From: an uncultured Verrucomicrobiae bacterium
GTDB taxonomy: Bacteria > Verrucomicrobiota > Verrucomicrobiia > Chthoniobacterales > JAFAMB01
Assembly (NCBI GenBank): GCA_963837955.1
Contig: CAWIPH010000002.1
Coordinates: 2,272,001 to 2,336,000, forward strand
Direction of reading: 5' to 3'
DNA: 64,000 nucleotides
Made by a program: the position numbers and the translations under genes. Position 1 is the first letter of the stretch. Every line of letters begins with the position of its first letter. The notes under the pieces were generated by a model. It worked only from the letters and a program-made list of their open reading frames with translations, ran no database searches and was not told the DNA's origin. Below, one piece after another: positions 50,233-58,032 of this stretch.

Positions 50233-50360
50233 GAACGTTTACAAAGGCGACACGTATTGTTTCGAATGCATACGTGTGACTGCGTATGGATTCGTATCGC
50301 TATTATTCGAAGTCAAACGAAAATAGTTGAAACCAAACAAAAAGCGTGGAGAATGGACGT

Positions 50361-51161
50361 ATGGATCAGCCGATTGAGGACGGACCGGTGTTCGCTGATG
50401 AGCGGCAGAGCAAGATTGCGGAGTTAGTGGCTTGCCGGGGGAAAGTGTTAACTTCGCAGCTCACCACTCTTTTGGGTGTCAGCGAGCCCACCTTGCGGAA
50501 AGACTTAACAGTTCTGGAAGAAAGAGGACTGCTCAAGCGGACACATGGCGGCGCAGTCGCAATCCGCGCGCCGGCCGAACGTGAACTGGAGGTTCGCTCG
50601 ACCCAAAATCTGTCTGCCAAGCAGGCTATCGCCGTGGCATGCTTGCGGGAAATCAATAACGGAGAGGCGGTCTTCCTCGACAGCGGAACGACTGTAGAAC
50701 TCGTGGCTCACGAGCTCGGCAAAAGCCGGCGACCTGTTACGGTTGTGACCAACGCACCGAGAGCTGCGATGGAAATCGCGGCGAATAGCGCCATATCTCA
50801 TATCCTGCTCGGCGGACAGCTCCGGCTGGTAGGCGGCAGTCTTACCGGACCTTTGACAACGCAGATGCTTAACCTTTTCCGCATTAATACGGCTCTGATC
50901 GGAGTCAGCGGAATTAGCGAAGACGGGATTACCGTCTCAGATTTCGCAGAAGCCCAGCTCAAAATCGCAGTAATTGAAAGAGCTCAAAAAGTCGTAGTGC
51001 CGCTTGATCACACAAAGATCGGTGTCGTTGATTTTACCAAGGTCTGCGGATTGGATCAGATCGATGTAGTCGTGACCGACCGATCGAACGACATACTCCG
51101 CAAGCTTTGCGAAGAGCGCGGTATCCGGTTGATAGTTGCTGGTTCTAATTCGGTGTCATAG
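50361..51161 (+). CDS. DeoR/GlpR family transcriptional regulator
   Basis: VSEPTLRKDL, RTHGGA, LDSGTT and DHTK motifs. Confidence 0.92.
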   Translation: MDQPIEDGPVFADERQSKIAELVACRGKVLTSQLTTLLGVSEPTLRKDLTVLEERGLLKRTHGGAVAIRAPAERELEVRSTQNLSAKQAIAVACLREINNGEAVFLDSGTTVELVAHELGKSRRPVTVVTNAPRAAMEIAANSAISHILLGGQLRLVGGSLTGPLTTQMLNLFRINTALIGVSGISEDGITVSDFAEAQLKIAVIERAQKVVVPLDHTKIGVVDFTKVCGLDQIDVVVTDRSNDILRKLCEERGIRLIVAGSNSVS

Positions 51162-51198
51162 TAGTCGCTCATTCTGCTGTCTTGCTCCTTTTCTCCAA

Positions 51199-52425
51199 AT
51201 GCCAAGCCATTCTTCCACTATCGGGGATTCCACGGACTTGACTTTCGGACGGGCCGCCGATCACCGCGCCGCTGCCTTGAGGGAGCGCAAGGTTCTGGTT
51301 GGTTTCGACGGATTTGTGGACAACATCGTAACTCCAGTGGCCACGCGCTACGGAGGAGGCAGTTCATTCACGCCCATCGAAACGACTCACGAATTTGCGG
51401 AGTTAATTCGAAAAGCGGGCGATGGTAAGAACGCGAACATAGAGCTTTTTCTGCGCCTTCAGAAGGTTGGCGGCAACGGTCCTATTCTTGCCAACGCGCT
51501 ATCCATGGCCGGCTGCCAGGTGCGTTACGTCGGCGCCCTTGGCTGGCCTTCACTGCATCCGGTGTTCAAAGAATTCGCAGAGCGGACAGAAGTCATATCG
51601 TTGGCGGAACCAGGTACGACGACCGCGTTGGAGTTTTCCGACGGCAAAATCATGCTCGGCATGGCCACGAGTCTGGATGCCATAACTTACGAACGAATTC
51701 TCGAAACGGTCGGCGAGGATCGGTTTCGGATTTTGGTCGGCGAATCGGATGTCGTCGCCTTCGTCGATTGGACGATGGTCTCACGAATGACTGACATTTT
51801 GACGTGCATTTTGGAAAGAATTCTTCCGAAATTGAGCAAGCCTGCCGCGCCAAAATTCTTTTTCGATTTGGCAGATCCTGCGAAACGGTTGTCGAATGAA
51901 CTCCAAACGGTGCTCGGTGTTATTTCGGGCTACCAGAGTTTTGGCAGCGTATGCCTCGGCCTAAACAGAACAGAGGCCTGCCAGGTCGCGAAGCTCCTGC
52001 AGATCTCGGCAGCGAACGAGGCTTCTATCGATGTCCTGGCGCGCGAAATCAGATGCAGCCTGAAATTGGACGTCGTGCTCGTACACGCGAAGGAGGGAGC
52101 CGCTTGTGCCGACGCGACCGGGGTCCAGATTTCGCCATCGCCGCGCTGCTCCCGGCCTGCAGTCAAAACCGGTGCCGGCGACCATTTCAATGCCGGTTAT
52201 ATCGTCGGTCGATTGCTTGGGCTGGAACCCCAAAAATGTCTTCCTCTAGCGATTGCGTCTCCCAGCCTGTACCTGCGTTCAGGATCGAGTCCAACGTTGG
52301 ACGAGCTAAGATCCTTCTTCGCGGACGAGAACTCTGACACTTTGGCAAACGCGTTCTCGCAGGAAGCCGGCCTCCTTGGTGACCGCGGCTTGTCTTCACA
52401 ACCTAATCACACTTCACAACTCTAA
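51199..52425 (+). CDS. PfkB family carbohydrate kinase
   Basis: GFDGFVD, GGNGP and TGAGDHFNAG motifs. Confidence 0.85.
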   Translation: MPSHSSTIGDSTDLTFGRAADHRAAALRERKVLVGFDGFVDNIVTPVATRYGGGSSFTPIETTHEFAELIRKAGDGKNANIELFLRLQKVGGNGPILANALSMAGCQVRYVGALGWPSLHPVFKEFAERTEVISLAEPGTTTALEFSDGKIMLGMATSLDAITYERILETVGEDRFRILVGESDVVAFVDWTMVSRMTDILTCILERILPKLSKPAAPKFFFDLADPAKRLSNELQTVLGVISGYQSFGSVCLGLNRTEACQVAKLLQISAANEASIDVLAREIRCSLKLDVVLVHAKEGAACADATGVQISPSPRCSRPAVKTGAGDHFNAGYIVGRLLGLEPQKCLPLAIASPSLYLRSGSSPTLDELRSFFADENSDTLANAFSQEAGLLGDRGLSSQPNHTSQL

Positions 52426-52435
52426 GAGTTAGCCA

Positions 52436-53002
52436 ATGCACGATACCTCACCCCAGCGGGTCGCAGTCGATATGGACGAAGTAATGGCAGACACGCTCAC
52501 TAGGTGGCTGGAATGTTATAACCGAGATTTCGGTACGACGATTACGAAAGCTGACTTGCGTGGCAAAAGACTCTATGACCTAGTCGGTACGAGCGGAGCC
52601 GCGGCAGCCCGATCCTATTTAGACCGCGCTGAGTTCTTTCGCGATTTGCCGTTGATGGACGGTAGTCAAGAGATCCTGAAGCGGCTTTCTGAAAGATATG
52701 AAGTTTTTGTGACATCGGCTGCAATGGATCATCCCAATTCGTTTGCCGCTAAGTACGCCTGGCTTAAGGAGCATTTTCCGTTTATCCCAGATCGCCGGAT
52801 CGTATTTTGCGGAGACAAAAGCATCATCCGAGCCGATTTTATGATCGACGATAACGAGCAGAACTTGGCAGCTTTCACCGGCAAAAGCTTCATTTTCACC
52901 GCCCCTCACAACGTCCTGAATGGGAATTTTCCTCGGGTTAACACCTGGTTGGACATTGCTGATAGATTTGACCTAGTGTTGTCCGAGCGCGTAAGCGGCT
53001 AG
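52436..53002 (+). CDS. 5'(3')-deoxyribonucleotidase-like HAD phosphatase
   Basis: DMDEV, KYAWLKEHFPF, VFCGDK, IDD and APHN motifs. Confidence 0.88.
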   Translation: MHDTSPQRVAVDMDEVMADTLTRWLECYNRDFGTTITKADLRGKRLYDLVGTSGAAAARSYLDRAEFFRDLPLMDGSQEILKRLSERYEVFVTSAAMDHPNSFAAKYAWLKEHFPFIPDRRIVFCGDKSIIRADFMIDDNEQNLAAFTGKSFIFTAPHNVLNGNFPRVNTWLDIADRFDLVLSERVSG

Positions 53003-53056
53003 CGCCGGAGTTGAACTTTCGACGTAGCAAAGTAACCTCTTCCCTAGTCACCCAAC

Positions 53057-54076
53057 ATGAAAGCGATCGTATACGACTCTCCCAGAAATTTTGTTTACCG
53101 CGACGTACCTGATCCCAAAATGGAAAGCGATGAGGTGTTGATCAAGGTGCAGGCTTGCGGAGTCTGCGGCACCGATCTGCATATCCATGAGGGCGAGTTC
53201 GGACCGCGTTTTCCGCTGATCCCCGGCCACGAGTTTACGGGAGAAATAGTAGATGTCGGAACGCATGCCGATGGATTGAAAAAGGGCCAGCGCGTAGTCG
53301 GCAACAGTAACATGGCGTGTGGCGAATGCTTTTACTGTCTGCGTGGTGACTATCTGCTTTGCGAACACATGAGCAGCTACGGCGTTACCTTGAACGGTGG
53401 ATTCGCGGAGTACCTGAAGATCAAGGCGGATCGAATTTTTCCGATCAAGAATCTTTCCCCTCGTGAGGCAATCATGGTGGAACCGACTTCGTGTGCGGTG
53501 CACGGGGTTGAGGTCCTCGATTTGAAACCTGGGAGTGACGTCCTGCTATTTGGCGCAGGGCCGACCGGACAGGTGATGGCCCAACTTCTTAAACTTAATG
53601 GCGCGGCCAATCTCGTCGTCGCAGCGCCGCCTGGCCCCAAACTCGACTTGGTTGCCAAACTAGCTGCCGATCAAGTCGTAGCCATGGATCGTAACGACCC
53701 AGAAGTCCACCGGAAACGGCTACAGGAGATCAGTCCGAAAGGATTCGATGCCGTCATCGAAGCGACCGGGGCGCCCTCGGTCTGTCAGGAAACCACTCGT
53801 TTTGTCCGGCGGCGGGGGACAATTTTGATTTACGGGGTGTATCCGGATAAGGCTACTATTTCCATAAACCCGTTCGACGTGTTTCGGAACGAACTGACGA
53901 TTAAAGGTTCATTTGCGCAGATTGACTCGTTCGAACGCGCCCTCAATTATCTCGATAACGGCAGGATTAAAGTGAACGAAATCGTGACCCAGGAAATCCC
54001 GCTGAAAGATTGGGGGAAAGCGCTCGATCTCGCTTGGAAGCGTCAAGGGATCAAGACCGCCCTCATACCGGGATAG
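53057..54076 (+). CDS. Zinc-dependent polyol dehydrogenase (arabitol/sorbitol dehydrogenase-like)
   Basis: CGVCGTDLH, GHE, CGECFYC...C and GAGPTG motifs. Confidence 0.88.
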   Translation: MKAIVYDSPRNFVYRDVPDPKMESDEVLIKVQACGVCGTDLHIHEGEFGPRFPLIPGHEFTGEIVDVGTHADGLKKGQRVVGNSNMACGECFYCLRGDYLLCEHMSSYGVTLNGGFAEYLKIKADRIFPIKNLSPREAIMVEPTSCAVHGVEVLDLKPGSDVLLFGAGPTGQVMAQLLKLNGAANLVVAAPPGPKLDLVAKLAADQVVAMDRNDPEVHRKRLQEISPKGFDAVIEATGAPSVCQETTRFVRRRGTILIYGVYPDKATISINPFDVFRNELTIKGSFAQIDSFERALNYLDNGRIKVNEIVTQEIPLKDWGKALDLAWKRQGIKTALIPG

Positions 54077-54281
54077 GCCCCGCCTTCCGTCTTCGCTAAG
54101 CCTGCTGCGAGACAGGCTGCGCGTAGTTGGGGTGGAGACTCGGCGTTAGCCTGGGTTAGTCAAGAAAAGCAAGCAGCTCTGGAGGGCGCGACGACCGACC
54201 TGATGCGAGGGCTACGGTTGAAAGAGCTTTGCATCCTTTGCTGTCTTCTGTTTAGGATCGGATTTTCCGCACATTTTCGCT

Positions 54282-54671
54282 ATGGCGCGAACACTCGGCC
54301 TGTCACTCCTGGTCCTACTCTTTGTCCAAGACTTTTCGATGGGCATGGATGCTTTGTCGACGCCTTGGATAGCAAATCTGACCCAAGAATCGATCGAGAT
54401 CAGTTTACTTGACTCCAACAACGCTGTTGGAAACTTCCAGCTCAGCCCAGGGAAAATATTGCAGTACACCATTGGTCCCCAGCAAATCGTGACATTGAGT
54501 GTGACGCGAGCCTCCGGGAAAGCTCAATCCTACGACCAAGCCACTCTTCAACAACTTCGCCTGCGGGCAGGCGCGCAGCGAGACTATCTGCTCATTTTGC
54601 CTGAATCTGTGGAATTTGTTTCAAGAAACGAATTCAAATCCCGATTGGCTGCGTTCAAACGGCAGAAGTGA
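54282..54671 (+). CDS. Hypothetical exported protein
   Basis: Signal-peptide-like N-terminus; 129 aa; isolated between repeats. Confidence 0.55.
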   Translation: MARTLGLSLLVLLFVQDFSMGMDALSTPWIANLTQESIEISLLDSNNAVGNFQLSPGKILQYTIGPQQIVTLSVTRASGKAQSYDQATLQQLRLRAGAQRDYLLILPESVEFVSRNEFKSRLAAFKRQK

Positions 54672-54733
54672 AAGCGCCATTCTCATATAAGAATCGCTAA
54701 CTCCCCGAAAGAGGTAGCCGGAGGAGGCAATGT

Positions 54734-55428
54734 GGTGATTGGTAATCAGTAATCAGGAAGCAGTAAACAGTAAGCGGGCAGCCAGACGCCGGATACGCTG
54801 GGTACGCCGAAGGCGTTAAAGGACTCAGCCCGGGGTGGAGGCTTTGCGTAACCCCGGGGTTTTTCGTTCACGCCGTTCATTCAGTGATTGGTGATCGGTC
54901 ACCGCGTCAGGGGTCGATACGCCGAAGGCGTTAAAAGGACTCAGCCCGGGGTGGAGGCTTTGCGCAACCCCGGGTAACCCCAAAAACGCGTCCGCTCTGA
55001 AAGAGCGCGAGAAATCTTACATCGAACGGCCGTCATTACCGAACGCCAAATCTCGGAGGCTGACCATGGCGTCGAATATTATCGGATCAATGAACGGCGT
55101 TGTTGTCCTCGATGGCCAGAAGATTTCTAACGCTCTTTCAGAGCGGACGCCCATTTTTGCGTTACCCGGGGTTACGCAAAGCCTCCACCCCGGGCTGAGT
55201 CCTTTAACGCCTTCGGCGTACCGATCCTGACGCGACCACAGATGACGCGATGACCGATCACCAATCACCACATTTATGGCTTGAGGGCAACCAGGCCTAA
55301 ATTGCTAAGCTCTCCGAATAGAGTCCTTTAACGCCTTCGGCGTACTGACCCCCTGGCGCGACGACCGATGACGCGACCGATCACCTATCGCCGAATGGCC
55401 AATGGCCAATGGCCAAATGACCTATCAC
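54734..55428. repeat. Mosaic of family B REPs and heptamer repeats, with a large inverted repeat
   Basis: B arms at about 54802, 54918, 55119-55221 (inverted) and 55321; inverted arms about 54884-55018 and 55119-55268; GTAATCA, GTGATTG and ATGGCCA heptamers. Confidence 0.9.
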
Positions 55429-55482
55429 CCACATTTATGGCTTGAGGGCAACCAGACCTAAATTGCTAAGCTCTCCGAATAG

Positions 55483-56559
55483 ATGGATGCTTTACGGTTA
55501 CCCCTGCTGGGGCTGCTACTATGCTATTCGATTTCCGCGACTAACGTGCCGGCCGCGGAATCTCTCCCTGACGGTTTGTACGCAGAGATCTCGACTCCGC
55601 GTGGAATTATTACGGCAGAGCTCTTTTACGAAAAGGCGCCTCTGACAGTGACGAACTTCGTCGGTCTGGCCGAAGGAACGCTCGGATCAGAGCCGCACAA
55701 ACCATTCTATAATGGACTGACTTTCCACCGGGTCGTCCCTGGTTTCGTTATTCAAGGAGGCGATCCATTAGGCAACGGAGAAGGCGGACCGGGGTACGAG
55801 TTTGCTGACGAGTTTGTTCCGGGATTACGACACGATGCAGCCGGGATCCTCTCGATGGCCAATGATGGACCCGATACCAATGGTTCCCAGTTCTTCATCA
55901 CCCTGAACGAAGAGAACCGCCTGAACTATCTCCACAGCGTTTTCGGAAGAGTTGTCCGAGGACTCGATGTTCTGCCGAAAGTGCAACAGGGCGATCAGAT
56001 GCAGGTGCGGATTTTACGGATTGGATCGGACGCTGAAGCGTTTCGGGCTAATCCGGAAATGTTTTTGAAACTCGCCTACGCTCAACCGCGTGCTGTCGTG
56101 GAGCATTTCGTGGACTCGGGAAATCTCCTTCCGGTGGATCCGCCGCGGGCGATGGGATTTAATCACAAGCTTAGCAATTTCCAACGTTTTACCGGGGAAA
56201 AGATTTTCGCGCGGATCTATGAGGATTTTCATCCGAGCGAATCGGATCAAACGCCGCATGACTTTATCCAAGCATTAGCGGAGGCACTCGGCACCAGCCA
56301 GAAAGGGATGGTCGTTGCCTATTTTGCCAAAACCGATGAATGGCAACTCTGGGTTGGAAATCAGGATGTCGAGAAATTCCAGAAGGCAAACGGCGGAGGT
56401 GTAATGCACGACGCCAAGGAAACATTCTTCAATTCTACGCTGGCGGAAGCGCAGCGGCGTTGGGAAAGCGTTCCTAAAGGCACTTCGGAAAAGGAGAAAC
56501 TAAAGCTCCAACTGGATGCTGTACTCGGCCGCCTGATCGACTTTCTTGAGCCGAAGTAG
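55483..56559 (+). CDS. Cyclophilin-type peptidyl-prolyl isomerase with C-terminal extension
   Basis: Signal peptide; FHRVVPGFVIQGGDP, LSMAN, NGSQFFIT and HSVFG motifs. Confidence 0.92.
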   Translation: MDALRLPLLGLLLCYSISATNVPAAESLPDGLYAEISTPRGIITAELFYEKAPLTVTNFVGLAEGTLGSEPHKPFYNGLTFHRVVPGFVIQGGDPLGNGEGGPGYEFADEFVPGLRHDAAGILSMANDGPDTNGSQFFITLNEENRLNYLHSVFGRVVRGLDVLPKVQQGDQMQVRILRIGSDAEAFRANPEMFLKLAYAQPRAVVEHFVDSGNLLPVDPPRAMGFNHKLSNFQRFTGEKIFARIYEDFHPSESDQTPHDFIQALAEALGTSQKGMVVAYFAKTDEWQLWVGNQDVEKFQKANGGGVMHDAKETFFNSTLAEAQRRWESVPKGTSEKEKLKLQLDAVLGRLIDFLEPK

Positions 56560-56576
56560 GGTAGGGCCGATTGATC

Positions 56577-56696
56577 CGGAGGGGCGTTGCTTGCGACGCC
56601 CGGGATCAGTCCAGGGCGAATCGAGGAATCGAGGCTAGCGTTCCGGTGTGTTTGTGTCACGGGTTGTTCCCGGGAGCCGCGAGCGGCTCCCCTCCG
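56577..56696 (-). repeat. Family A copy 4, empty (no H insert)
   Basis: CGGAGGGGCGTTGCTTGCGACGCCCGGGA ... TCCCGGGAGCCGCGAGCGGCTCCCCTCCG. Confidence 0.9.
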
Positions 56697-56829
56697 TCGT
56701 CATGGGCGCTTTCTTGCCGAAGGATGGTTGAAAGACCGCAGACAACAAATTCAACAAAACGCTTTTCGGCGCTCGCGATGAAAACAGAAGGGGCTAGATT
56801 GCCCGAGACGAAACCAGGAACCGAAGTCT

Positions 56830-56976
56830 ATGCACAACGACCCTGATGAAGAGCAGCCGGCGAGTGAATCGACGAATTCCGAACCGCTGTCAGAAGAGGA
56901 AATAGACGAGAGTTTAGACGAGAGTTTCCCGGCAAGTGATCCACCTGCGTGGACGCGGGGAAGGGAGAAGGAGTAA
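56830..56976 (+). CDS. 48-aa acidic protein with ESFPASDPPAW motif
   Basis: Manual translation MHNDPDEEQPASESTNSEPLSEEEIDESLDESFPASDPPAWTRGREKE*; below the ORF-track cutoff; 1 nt between its stop and the next ATG. Confidence 0.8.
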   Translation: MHNDPDEEQPASESTNSEPLSEEEIDESLDESFPASDPPAWTRGREKE

Positions 56977-56977
56977 G

Positions 56978-57706
56978 ATGCACCCGGGCCAAACGGATTT
57001 GCCCGGAGCCGGGAAACCGGGCGATTACGCGAACGACTCGCTGGCACCGGCGTTCCTATTTGATCTGGATGGTACGTTGATCGACAGCGTCTACCAGCAT
57101 GTTCTCGCTTGGCGCGAGGCATTGGAAGAGCTTGGTATTGAGTTATCGGTCTGGCGGATCCATCGCCGGATTGGGATGAGCGGCGGGCTCTTTATGAACG
57201 CGTTGCAGCGCGAAACGGGCAGGGAGATTAAGCCTAAGGAAGCCGACCAACTGCGGCAGCTGCACGCAGACGCTTTCCGCCGTCAGAGCAAACAGATTCG
57301 CCCACTGCCGGGTGCCCGTGAGCTGCTTCGTCATCTCTCCAAACGAAAGGTGCCGCACGCGATCGCGACGAGCGGGCGTCTGGAAACGGCAGGACCAACA
57401 CTTGAGCTGCTCGATCTTTCGGCGGGAACGCCGGTGGTAACGCGTGATCATGTACGTTTTGCCAAACCGGACCCGCATCTTTTTCTGGAGGCCGCAGCTC
57501 GGCTGAGTGTGCCAATCACCAACTCAATCGTTGTCGGGGATAGCGTCTGGGATTTGCTGGCTGCCCGGCGGGCGAGGGCATTGGGGGTTGGCTTGCTCTC
57601 TGGCGGATATGGCGGCGATGAATTGGAGCGGGCGGGCGCCTACCGAGTTTATCAGGATCCATCCGATCTTCTGAATCATTTGGATGAGGTTGGAGTGCGT
57701 CCGTGA
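56978..57706 (+). CDS. HAD family hydrolase (phosphatase / beta-PGM-like)
   Basis: FDLDGTL, IATS, KPDP and VGDS motifs. Confidence 0.9.
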   Translation: MHPGQTDLPGAGKPGDYANDSLAPAFLFDLDGTLIDSVYQHVLAWREALEELGIELSVWRIHRRIGMSGGLFMNALQRETGREIKPKEADQLRQLHADAFRRQSKQIRPLPGARELLRHLSKRKVPHAIATSGRLETAGPTLELLDLSAGTPVVTRDHVRFAKPDPHLFLEAAARLSVPITNSIVVGDSVWDLLAARRARALGVGLLSGGYGGDELERAGAYRVYQDPSDLLNHLDEVGVRP

Positions 57707-57787
57707 GATGTTGGTGTTCAGGGAAGAGCATTTCGTCAAAAGCGCACGATTTACCGGCGCACACACTATTTAAAAAGCCCATCGCGA

Positions 57788-57965
57788 CGGAGGGGAGCCG
57801 CTTGCGGCTCCCGGGAATGACCCATGATCCGGACAGCAGATTTTGGACTCGATTCCTCGTTGGGCACTGGATCGCTCCCGGGCGTCGCACGTGTCTCGAC
57901 GAAGCCTCCTCTGCAGGCCGGGCCATGCGGACAAAATTGGCGAAGTCGGAAGCAACGCCCCTCCG
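57788..57965 (+). repeat. Family A copy 5, carrying 61-bp insert H (57890-57950)
   Basis: Near-identical to copy 1, including the upstream TAAAAAGCCCATCGCGA flank. Confidence 0.92.
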
Positions 57966-58032
57966 CCCGAGGTGCCGAAAAGATCCATCACGATTGGCTT
58001 TTTCAAACAGTCGTGCAGCGTCTGTTTTTGAA

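Noticed and set aside
50233..50345. DeoR operator repeats (TTCGAA/TTCGTA-like)
   Set aside because: Too short and degenerate to call without comparative data
54734..55482. Possible CRISPR array
   Set aside because: Repeats are in mixed orientation, irregularly spaced, with no uniform unique spacers and no cas genes
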